Of a DNA stretch of 64,000 nucleotides, positions 1 through 8,125 are shown in pieces. How positions within the stretch are numbered: position 1 is the stretch's first letter; each line of letters opens with the position of its first letter. Source of the DNA: an uncultured Thermoplasmata archaeon (GTDB taxonomy: Archaea > Thermoplasmatota > Thermoplasmata > Lutacidiplasmatales > UBA184); NCBI GenBank assembly GCA_963773945.1, contig CAVZDD010000003.1, positions 370,060 to 434,059 on the forward strand, read 5' to 3'. Below the pieces are notes generated by a model. It was not told where the DNA came from and searched no databases. It saw only the letters and a program-made list of their open reading frames with translations. Made by a program: the position numbers and the translations under genes.

Positions 1-836
1 CCGCCGAGATCGAAGCCAAACTGATCGTCGGCGCCGATGGAGTGGCGAGTGCGGTTGCGCGCGCTTTCCGGTTGCGCCGTCCGGTGGAGATCCTTCCAGC
101 GTTCGAAGCCGAGTTCCCGGAATCCCCCGGCGACCCGGACCTCGTGGAGGTCTACCTGGGCAACACCATCGCTCCCGGGCTCTTCGGCTGGTGGATCCCG
201 GATGGGAGCGGTGGGGCGCGGGTGGGCGTGGCCGCGAACGCCGATGGCACCTCCGCACGCACCTATTACGAACATCTCCTCACACAGATCGCTCGCCGCT
301 ACGGCCAACCCTTGCGCAACGCGTCGAGCTACCTGGTATCCGGGATTCCGATCGGAGAAGTACCGAAAATCTCTGGTTCCCGAGTCCTCCTCGTCGGGGA
401 TTCCGCGGCGCAGCCGAAACCGCTCTCGGGCGGCGGGATCTACACAGGGATGCGCGCCGCCGAGCTCGCGGCGGAAGTGGCGCATGAGGCGCTGCTCGCC
501 GGCGACCTCTCGGCGGTGCGACTCTCCCGATACGATGACGCGTGGCACCGGGAGTTTGGGGACGAATTCGATAAGGCGCAGTACCTCCGCCGGCTCTTCC
601 TCAAGTTCACCGACGCCGAGCTCGAAGCGATCCTCGGGGCCCTCCAGGAGGCCGGCACCACGGAGACGATCGTGGCGTTCGGCGACATCGACTTCCCGAC
701 GCACGTCGTGCGTCGGCTGCTCCGTCAGTCTCCGTCGCTGCTACGGCTCTTGCCGAAGGCCGTCGGGGCGCTCTGGGGCGGAGACAAACGGCGCGCCCCG
801 GATTTGGACTTCCCTTCCGACCGGGTCCACCAGTAG
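1..836 (+). CDS. Geranylgeranyl reductase family FAD oxidoreductase (5'-partial, runs off the window start)
   Basis: The frame is open from position 3 (AEIEAKLIVGADGVAS). Motifs IVGADG, APGLFGWWIP and LLVGDSAAQPKPLSGGGI are typical of GGR-family flavoproteins. Confidence 0.85.
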   Translation, partial: AEIEAKLIVGADGVASAVARAFRLRRPVEILPAFEAEFPESPGDPDLVEVYLGNTIAPGLFGWWIPDGSGGARVGVAANADGTSARTYYEHLLTQIARRYGQPLRNASSYLVSGIPIGEVPKISGSRVLLVGDSAAQPKPLSGGGIYTGMRAAELAAEVAHEALLAGDLSAVRLSRYDDAWHREFGDEFDKAQYLRRLFLKFTDAELEAILGALQEAGTTETIVAFGDIDFPTHVVRRLLRQSPSLLRLLPKAVGALWGGDKRRAPDLDFPSDRVHQ

Positions 837-1521
837 CCGCCCAGGGCCGCCAGACCGAGGCCCACACCGAGCACAACGTAGAGCACCACGGGTGTGGCCG
901 CCCCTCGGACCAGTATGGAGGTCTCCGGCACGATGCCGGATACGCCCAGTTGGCTCGCGTTGATCGTCGGAGTACCGTTGGGATACTGGGTCGCGCTGGC
1001 CCACGCACTCGCAGAGAAGAATCCTCTGGATTCGAGGAGGTACGAAACATTCGACATCGTGAAGGTGACGGCGAACCGGACGGCGTAATCCCCCGAGGCC
1101 GCCGAGGCCGGCACCGCGACCGGGACGCTCCAGTTCCACGACGTGTTGGGCGCGAGGAGGGGGGGCGCGATCGTGTAGCTCAGGCCCCCGCTCAGGGTCG
1201 GTGTCGCGCCGGCCGGGGGTGCCTGGGTTGCGCCGCCGTCAGTAGGGTTGAACGCATAGACCTGTAGGGAGACGTTCGCGGAGACGATCTCCTGGGCGAG
1301 AGGGTCCCCGACTCGGAAGGTCACCGACCCGGAGCCTCCAGGAATCAACGAGGGTCCGACGAGGAACCCGAGGATGGGGCTCCAGTCCCGATCCGGAAGT
1401 ACGGGTACGCCGCGAAAACCGGCGCGACCAGGCCCGGGACGACCAACAGAACGCTCGCCCCGAGGGCCACGAGCAATGTCCCGGTCCCGCGTACTCGGCG
1501 GCCGAACCGCCGTTCAGACAC
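725..1521 (-). CDS. Exported protein with a C-terminal membrane anchor; one frameshift near 1408
   Basis: A GTG at 1521, overlapping the M56 stop, gives a signal-peptide-like N-terminus MSERRFGRRVRGTGTLLVALGASVLLVVPGLVAPVFAA. A 1-nt shift joins it to VPVLPDRDWSPILGFLVGPS and ORF 725..1348, which is beta-rich, has NxS/T sequons and ends in TM segment VVLYVVLGVGLGLAALGGYWW. Confidence 0.7.
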
Positions 1522-2416
1522 CTGGCTCCCCCTCGAAGGCCCCGGACTCCGCCAGCGCGACGAGACGGCGGATCCGTCGGTAGGCCTCTTGGTGTCCGTG
1601 CCGGCCCGCGAGCCGGAGGAAGCCCGGGAACGGTCGCGGCGTCGACGGTTCGGGTAGTGTCAGGGCCTTGTAGAGGGCGCGCGCGAGCGCCATCGGACGG
1701 TGGGTCATCCGCGCCGCGTCGAGGTCCGCGCGGAACTCTTCCCGAGTCGTCAAGCTCCGGGCCAGGTAGGTCAGTAGCGGGTCCCAGGCCATCATCTGGG
1801 CAAACGTCCGCAGGAACGTGAGGTACCGGGAATCGAGTCCGCGGATATGGCCGAGCTCGTGCGCGATCACCGCGTCGAGTTCGTCCGGGGCGAGCACGGC
1901 GCGCAAGCCCCGGGAGAGGAGAATCACGTCCCGTCGATAGGGCAGGCGTCGTTCGCGCAGTCCGGGTTCGACCAGCGTGAACGAAAACGCCTCCGCGGCG
2001 GCCGATTCGAACTCGAGCAACGTGGTGGGCGCATCGGGGAGCGGAAGGTCGGCCGGCCACGGCACACTGGACGTGGGCAGGATCTTCAAGAGACCATGGC
2101 CGACCAGCTGGTTCAGGAAGAAGGCGACCGTGAAGACGCCGAGCGCTCCTAGGGCGCCGGTGACCCAAACTAGCGTCCAGCGGCTCTGGAAGAGCAGGAG
2201 AGGGGAGTGAACCAGCGCGAGTACGGCCTCGACCCCGCCGTTGAACAGCACCCAGACGAGAACGGTGGTCGCGAGCACGGCCCACAGAGCCAGGAACGTC
2301 GCCGCGAGCCGGAGCACAAGCCGGGGGGTCGATTTTCGAAAGGCCACGAGCAGCCCCACCCCCGTCGCGATCCATACCCCGACGGGCAGGTACAGGAGCG
2401 CCGATGCCGCGCTCAC
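1514..2416 (-). CDS. Membrane zinc metallopeptidase, M56 (BlaR1-like)/M48 family
   Basis: N-terminal TM helices, AVIAHELGHI (HExxH) and the downstream REEFRAD motif. Adjacent to a BlaI-like repressor. Confidence 0.85.
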   Translation of the reverse strand: MSAASALLYLPVGVWIATGVGLLVAFRKSTPRLVLRLAATFLALWAVLATTVLVWVLFNGGVEAVLALVHSPLLLFQSRWTLVWVTGALGALGVFTVAFFLNQLVGHGLLKILPTSSVPWPADLPLPDAPTTLLEFESAAAEAFSFTLVEPGLRERRLPYRRDVILLSRGLRAVLAPDELDAVIAHELGHIRGLDSRYLTFLRTFAQMMAWDPLLTYLARSLTTREEFRADLDAARMTHRPMALARALYKALTLPEPSTPRPFPGFLRLAGRHGHQEAYRRIRRLVALAESGAFEGEPGV

Positions 2417-2429
2417 GGCGCCCCTCCCC

Positions 2430-2816
2430 CTAGTCGAGGCCGAGGCGCCGACGGAGTTCGCGCTCCTCGGCGGGATGCAGCTTCGAGAGTTCCTCGTTGA
2501 GGTGCACGACCCCGGAGGGCCCGAACATCCGGACGACGCCCTTCACGAGATCGCTGAGATACCGATGCTCGAGATTGGGCGCGTATCGGTACACGTACCG
2601 CTCCCCGCCGCGGCACGTCTCGCGCCGCCGCCGGACAAGTCCTTTGGCAAAGAGGCGTCCCAGGATGGTCGCGACCGTGGTGTACGCCACGTGCGTGCCC
2701 CGCTTCGCGAGGTCGGCCCGTATCCGGGCCGCGGGAGCCTCTTCCAGGTCCCGTAGCGAGACCAGGACCTTCGACTCGAGTGCGCCGAGCAAGGGACTCT
2801 CCGAGTGAATCTGCAC
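2430..2816 (-). CDS. BlaI/MecI/CopY family winged-helix repressor
   Basis: LGALESKVL...AYTTVATILGRLFAKGLVRR...YVY is the characteristic family signature. Confidence 0.85.
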   Translation of the reverse strand: MQIHSESPLLGALESKVLVSLRDLEEAPAARIRADLAKRGTHVAYTTVATILGRLFAKGLVRRRRETCRGGERYVYRYAPNLEHRYLSDLVKGVVRMFGPSGVVHLNEELSKLHPAEERELRRRLGLD

Positions 2817-2830
2817 GGGGGGGCACCTTA

Positions 2831-2859
2831 ACCATTACCCGTTCGAATGGTACGAACGG
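2831..2859. promoter_or_regulatory. Nested inverted repeats in the divergent blaI-like/cbs intergenic region (candidate operator)
   Basis: CCGTTCG-N7-CGAACGG (2839-2859) overlaps ACCATT-N9-AATGGT (2831-2851), next to a TTAA element at 2828-2831. Confidence 0.4.
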
Positions 2860-2949
2860 TACGGTCAGCTCCATTCCGGATGCGGGGTAGAACCTACCCA
2901 CAGATAAGCACCCTTAGGCGTTAAGGTGGGAATCGCCTCTGGGCGACGT

Positions 2950-4353
2950 GTGGCCGCTCCCCCGGGCTCCAATCCTCGCTCGATTCTCGACCTGATCGGG
3001 CACACGCCCCTGATCCCGCTGAACCGTGTCGCGAAAGGCTACCCTTACCGGATCCTGGCCAAACTCGAGTATCTCAACCCCGGAGGGTCGGTCAAGGACC
3101 GGATCGGTCCCAGCATGGTCGATGCCGCCGAAGCGAAGGGACTTCTCAAGCCCGGCGGAACGATCATCGAGGCGACCAGCGGGAACACGGGCGTCGGCCT
3201 TGCGTTGGTCGCTGCGGTACGAGGATACCACGCCGTATTCGTCATCCCGGACAAGATGAGCTCGGAGAAGATCCGCCTCCTCCGCGCCTTCGGCGCCCGG
3301 GTGGTAATCACGCCCAGCCAGCTGCCCCCGGACCACCCCATGAGCCACTACTCGGTCGCCAAACGGCTCTCGAAGGAGATCCCGAATTCGTACTACCCGA
3401 ACCAGTACCAGAATCCCGAGAATCCGGACGCCCACTACCGAACGACCGCGCCGGAGATCGATACGGGGGCGGGAGAGTCGCTCTCGGCCGTCGTGGCGAC
3501 GATCGGCACGGGCGGCACGATCAGCGGGATCGGGCGGTACTTCAAGGAACACCGGCCGTCGGTGAAGGTCATCGCGGTCGACCCGAAGGGGTCGATTCTC
3601 CAGCACTACTTCGAGACCCATGAGATGATCCGGGCCACGCCGTACAAGGTCGAAGGCATCGGGGAGGACATGATCCCCAGGACGGTAGACTTCCGCCAGA
3701 TGGACGAGTTCGTCCAGGTCGACGATAAAGAATCCTTCCTCATGGCCCGGCGATTGGCCCGGGAGGAGGGGTTGTTCGTCGGCGGCTCGTCGGGCTCCGC
3801 CGTGGCCGGCGCGCTCAAGTGGCTCGCCCGCCGGCCCATCCCCGAGGGCACGACGGTGGTCGTCCTCCTCCCGGACTCGGGCGACCGGTACCTGTCCAAG
3901 TTCTATTCCGACGAGTGGATGCGGGAGAATCGGTTCCTCGACGAGGGCGCTACCGCGGGCGATCTCGTCCGGGGAAAGGACGTGGCGCCGGCGCTCGTCG
4001 CGGTCGAGCCGACCACGCTGGTTCGCGATGCGCTCGACCTGCTACAGCGCCACTCGATCTCTCAGTTGCCGGTCCTGGCGGGAAAGGAGAACGTCGGGAG
4101 CGTCGTGGAAGAGGAGATCTTGCGGGCCGTGCTCTCGGACCAGACGGTGGTCGAGCGGACCGTCACGGCGGTGATGGGCCCGACGTTCCCCGAGGTCCGC
4201 GAAGACGAACCGATCGGCGATGTACTGCGTCGGCTCAAGGAGATTCGGGCGCTATTGGTGCGAGACTCGACCAGCGGCCAGGTGCTGGGCCTGCTCACCC
4301 GGCATGACTTATTGACCTACCTTTCCGAGCGGGGGGCGCAGAATGCGGCTTGA
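2950..4353 (+). CDS. cbs: Cystathionine beta-synthase with C-terminal CBS (Bateman) domains
   Basis: LEYLNPGGSVKDR (PLP lysine), EATSGNTG, GTGGT, VEGIG, PDSGDRYLSK and a tandem CBS pair. The GTG at 2950 is preferred as start; the ORF extends to 2926. Confidence 0.9.
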   Translation: MAAPPGSNPRSILDLIGHTPLIPLNRVAKGYPYRILAKLEYLNPGGSVKDRIGPSMVDAAEAKGLLKPGGTIIEATSGNTGVGLALVAAVRGYHAVFVIPDKMSSEKIRLLRAFGARVVITPSQLPPDHPMSHYSVAKRLSKEIPNSYYPNQYQNPENPDAHYRTTAPEIDTGAGESLSAVVATIGTGGTISGIGRYFKEHRPSVKVIAVDPKGSILQHYFETHEMIRATPYKVEGIGEDMIPRTVDFRQMDEFVQVDDKESFLMARRLAREEGLFVGGSSGSAVAGALKWLARRPIPEGTTVVVLLPDSGDRYLSKFYSDEWMRENRFLDEGATAGDLVRGKDVAPALVAVEPTTLVRDALDLLQRHSISQLPVLAGKENVGSVVEEEILRAVLSDQTVVERTVTAVMGPTFPEVREDEPIGDVLRRLKEIRALLVRDSTSGQVLGLLTRHDLLTYLSERGAQNAA

Positions 4354-5488
4354 TACTCGACTCGTCCACACGGGCGGGGGCCCCGACCCCCAGACCGGGG
4401 CGGTTAACGTGCCGCTGTACCTCTCCAGCACGTTCGAGCAGACGGCACCAAACGAGAACCGGGGCTACGTCTACTCCCGTACCTCCAACCCCACGCGCAC
4501 CTCGCTCGAGAGCGCCCTCGCGGACCTGGAAAGCGGACGACGCGGCCTCGCTTTCTCCTCTGGCTTGGGCGCGCTCGCGACCCTTCTCGAGGACCTTCCG
4601 TCGGGCCAGCGGATCGTCGCCGGCGACGACCTCTACGGAGGAACGTGGCGGTTGTTCGACCACCACCGTCGCCAGTTCGGCCTTTCGGTCAGGTATGTGG
4701 ACCCCACCTCAGTCGAGGCGTTCGCCGCCGCCTTGGACGCGGAGCCGACCGCCGTGGTGTACCTGGAGACGCCCACGAACCCGCTGATGAAGCTCACCGA
4801 CCTCGCGGCGGTGAGCGCCCTCGCGCATCGCCACGGGGCGCGCGTGGTCGTCGACAACACGTTCGCGAGCCCCGTCTTCCAGCGCCCCTTGGAGCTCGGA
4901 GCGGACCTCGTCCTTCACTCCACGACCAAGTACCTCGGGGGCCACTCGGACCTGATCGGCGGGGCGCTGATCGCCGCCGACCCGACTTGGGGGGAGCGCC
5001 TCGCCTGGCTGCAGAACGCCGTGGGCGCCGTGCCCGGACCCGTCGACTGCTTCCTGGTGCTGCGGGGGATCCGAACGCTCGGGGTCCGGATGCGTGCGCA
5101 CGACCGAAACGGGATCGAGGTGGCGCGGATCCTTGAGAAGTCCCGGAAGGTCTCGGCCGTCCATTATCCGGGACTTCCGTCCCATCCTCAGGCCGAGCTG
5201 GCCCGTCGCCAGATGTCGGGCTTCGGCGGCATGGTCAGCTTCGACCTGAAGGGCGGCGAGCGGGCCGCCCGGCGGTTCCTCAGGGCGGTCAAGATCTTCA
5301 CGCTCGCCGAGAGCCTGGGTGGCGTAGAATCCCTCGCCGAACACCCGGCCTCGATGACCCACGCCAGCGTCCCCGCGGCGGAACGGGCGGCGCGGGGGAT
5401 CGGCGATGGACTCGTCCGGCTCTCCTGCGGCATCGAGGACCGTCGCGACCTTGTCGCCGACGTGACCCGCGGACTCCGGGCGGTGTGA
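4343..5488 (+). CDS. Cystathionine gamma-lyase/gamma-synthase (Cys/Met metabolism PLP enzyme)
   Basis: YSRTSNPTR, LETPTNP, VVDNTF, HSTTKYLGGHSD and AESLGGVESL. Overlaps cbs. Confidence 0.9.
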   Translation: MRLDTRLVHTGGGPDPQTGAVNVPLYLSSTFEQTAPNENRGYVYSRTSNPTRTSLESALADLESGRRGLAFSSGLGALATLLEDLPSGQRIVAGDDLYGGTWRLFDHHRRQFGLSVRYVDPTSVEAFAAALDAEPTAVVYLETPTNPLMKLTDLAAVSALAHRHGARVVVDNTFASPVFQRPLELGADLVLHSTTKYLGGHSDLIGGALIAADPTWGERLAWLQNAVGAVPGPVDCFLVLRGIRTLGVRMRAHDRNGIEVARILEKSRKVSAVHYPGLPSHPQAELARRQMSGFGGMVSFDLKGGERAARRFLRAVKIFTLAESLGGVESLAEHPASMTHASVPAAERAARGIGDGLVRLSCGIEDRRDLVADVTRGLRAV

Positions 5489-5489
5489 C

Positions 5490-6941
5490 GTGGTGCGCCC
5501 CTTCCGGGTCTACGACACCCTGTCCGGCGAGGTGCGTCCGTTCGTTCCGCGGGTCAGCCCCCGGGTCGGTCTCTTCGTCTGCGGGCAGACGCCGTACGCC
5601 GAGGCCCATCTCGGACACGGTCGCAACGCCGTCACGTTTGACGTCGTGGCGCGTGCGCTACGCCGCTGGGGGTACCATGTGTTCTACGTCCAGAACGTGA
5701 CGAACATCGATGACCGCCTCATCGCCCGCGGGCAGGGCGAGGGGCGCGACCCGCTCGAGCTAGCCGAGTTCCATTTCCAGGGTTGGCTCCGGTCGATGGA
5801 CCAGCTCGACGCCCGCGCGGTGAACCTCTACCCGTTCGCTACCGATTACGTTCCCGAGATCATTGCCCAGGTGTCGGCGCTCATCGACCGGGGGTTCGCC
5901 TACGTCGTCGACGGAGACGTGTACTACGAGGTCGCGAAGTTCCCGGATTACGGCCGGCTCTCCGGGCAGCGCATCGAGGCGTTGCGGCCCGGTGCTCGCG
6001 TGGAACCCGACCCCAAGAAGCGGGCGCCGGAGGACTTCGCGGTCTGGAAGTCGACCAAGCCCGGCGAACCGACGTGGCCGAGCCCGTGGGGCCCGGGCCG
6101 CCCGGGGTGGCACATCGAAGATACGGCGATCACCGCCCGCCTGCTCGGCGAGCAGTACGACATTCACGGCGGCGGGTCGGACCTCAAGTTTCCCCATCAC
6201 GAAGCCGAGATCGCCCAGGCCGAAGGTGCCTCGGGAGAGAAACCGCTGGTGAACTACTGGATGCACGGCGGCATGCTGCAGATGCAGGGCGAGAAGATGG
6301 CCAAGTCCGTCGGCAACGTCGCCAGCCTGGACGAGGGCATCCGAAAGGTGGGCCCGGACGTGCTTCGGTTCTTCTACCTCAATGCGAACTACCGGAGTCC
6401 GCTCAATTTCGAGCCGGGGAAGAGCCTCGAAGAGGCCCGGGAGGGGTACGCGACCCTCGCCACGCCCTACCGCCATTTGCGGGAGGAGCTGCTGCGAGGC
6501 GGCCTCACGCGCCCGGGTCGAGAACTGCCCGTGGAGGTCGCCAAGACCTCGACCGAGCTCCCGATCCGGCTCGACGAGATCCTCGCGGAGGATTTCCAGA
6601 CCCGGGAGGCCATCGCGGCCCTCTTCGGCTGGGGCCGCCTGTTGAACGAGTGGTCCTCGAAGCTCGGCGCACTGTCCGGCGCCGCGCTCGTCACCCTCGG
6701 CGCGCCCTACCGGTGGGCGACCGAGGTTCTCGGACTATTCCCGGAGCGCTCCAGTGCCAAGGCCCCGGCCGAGTTCGGCGCCCTGGTCCAGCTCGCGATC
6801 GACGCCCGGGGGCGGGCCCGGGCACGGGGAGACTTCGGCGAGGCGGACCAGGTCCGCCAGGCGCTGCTCCAGGCCGGGATCGTGCTCGAGGACCAGGGAA
6901 CCGAGACCCGCTGGCAGTGGAAACGGGACGGCGTCGGGTGA
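5490..6941 (+). CDS. cysS: Cysteinyl-tRNA synthetase
   Basis: CGQTPY..HLGH (HIGH-like), NVTNIDD, GRPGWHIED, DIHGGGSDLKFPHHEAE, KMAKS, and C-terminal ADQVR..L...GIVLED. Confidence 0.95.
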   Translation: MVRPFRVYDTLSGEVRPFVPRVSPRVGLFVCGQTPYAEAHLGHGRNAVTFDVVARALRRWGYHVFYVQNVTNIDDRLIARGQGEGRDPLELAEFHFQGWLRSMDQLDARAVNLYPFATDYVPEIIAQVSALIDRGFAYVVDGDVYYEVAKFPDYGRLSGQRIEALRPGARVEPDPKKRAPEDFAVWKSTKPGEPTWPSPWGPGRPGWHIEDTAITARLLGEQYDIHGGGSDLKFPHHEAEIAQAEGASGEKPLVNYWMHGGMLQMQGEKMAKSVGNVASLDEGIRKVGPDVLRFFYLNANYRSPLNFEPGKSLEEAREGYATLATPYRHLREELLRGGLTRPGRELPVEVAKTSTELPIRLDEILAEDFQTREAIAALFGWGRLLNEWSSKLGALSGAALVTLGAPYRWATEVLGLFPERSSAKAPAEFGALVQLAIDARGRARARGDFGEADQVRQALLQAGIVLEDQGTETRWQWKRDGVG

Positions 6942-7984
6942 GGGGACTCGGTTTCTCTGCGCACGGCGGACTCGACAAGGTCGGCTGGGTCGACGTGCCC
7001 CCGCCCGAGCCTGGTCCCGGTGAAGTGCGCGTCCGAGTTCATGCCGCGGCCTTCAATCGGCTCGACCGGTTCGTGCTGGAAGGGATTCCGGGGGTTCCGG
7101 TCGCACTCCCCCATGTGTTGGGGTCGGACGCCTCCGGCGTGGTTGACCGGGTGGGCGACGGCGTCACCGAAGTCGTGCCCGGCGCGGAAGTCCTGGTCAA
7201 CCCGGGCCTCTGGGACGGTACCTGTGAGTACTGTCGTGTGGGCCAGGAATCGCTCTGCCGTAACTATCGGATCCTGGGCGAGCATACCCAGGGCTCGGCG
7301 ACCGAGTTCGTCGTCGTTCCCCCGCGGAATATCTACGCTAAGCCGCCGGCGTGGAGCTGGGCGCAGGCGGCCGCGGCCCCCCTCGTGTTCCAGACCGCGT
7401 GGCGAGCGCTTCGGACCGTCGGCGACGTCCGTCCAGGAGAGACGGTCGCGATCATTGGGGCCGGCGGCGCGGTCGCTCCCGCCGCCATTCAGGTGGCCCA
7501 TCGGCTCGGTGCGCGGGTCGTCGTGGTCGGTCGAACCGCGGAGAAGGTCGAACGCGCGGTGGCCCTGGGCGCCGAGGCCGGCCTCGTCGTGAAGGCCGAG
7601 AAGTCCCACGAACGGCTGCTCTGGGAGTGGAGCAACAAGCGCGGAATCGATGTGATCTTCGATTCGGCCGGCGCGGACACCGTCCCCCGGTCCCTCCGGG
7701 CCCTGGCCCGGGGGGGGCGACTGGTCGTCATCGGAGCCACGGAAGGCCCGAAAGTCGAACTGGACCTGCGGACGCTTTTCTGGCGTCAGGCGTCGATCCG
7801 GGGGAGCACCATGGCCAGCCGGGCCGAGTTCGATGCGGTCTACGCGGAACTGGCGGGGGGACGCCTGCGTCCGATCGTGGACTCCGAATGGGATTGGAAC
7901 CGGGGGGTCGAAGCGTTCCACCATTTGGGGGCGCCCGAGGTCTTCGGAAAGGTGGTCCTCCGGACCGTCGGACCCAGTAGCTGA
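6938..7984 (+). CDS. MDR-family zinc-binding dehydrogenase / quinone oxidoreductase-like protein
   Basis: GTG overlaps the cysS stop. Motifs PEPGPGEVRVRV, FNRLD (Asn at the catalytic-Zn Cys position), DGTCEYC-x7-C structural Zn site, GAGGAV and FGKVVL. Confidence 0.85.
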   Translation: MRGLGFSAHGGLDKVGWVDVPPPEPGPGEVRVRVHAAAFNRLDRFVLEGIPGVPVALPHVLGSDASGVVDRVGDGVTEVVPGAEVLVNPGLWDGTCEYCRVGQESLCRNYRILGEHTQGSATEFVVVPPRNIYAKPPAWSWAQAAAAPLVFQTAWRALRTVGDVRPGETVAIIGAGGAVAPAAIQVAHRLGARVVVVGRTAEKVERAVALGAEAGLVVKAEKSHERLLWEWSNKRGIDVIFDSAGADTVPRSLRALARGGRLVVIGATEGPKVELDLRTLFWRQASIRGSTMASRAEFDAVYAELAGGRLRPIVDSEWDWNRGVEAFHHLGAPEVFGKVVLRTVGPSS

Positions 7985-8125
7985 CCACGCCGGTCGACCC
8001 GGTTTCACCTCGGCCGGCCGCTGCCGGCGGTTTTGCGTGGGATTCATTTTTATACCGGGACCTTCCAATCTAAAGCCTACGGACCGTCACCGGTCCATTT
8101 GCGTCAGTGGAAATGGGGGCCAGTC

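Noticed and set aside
5783..6937. Apparent long N-terminal extensions on the MDR dehydrogenase, Trm5, KH protein, FTCD, Top6B and SucD ORFs
   Set aside because: The extensions overlap upstream genes out of frame. Better starts lie near the upstream gene's end, mostly as ATGA/GTGA/TTGA overlaps.
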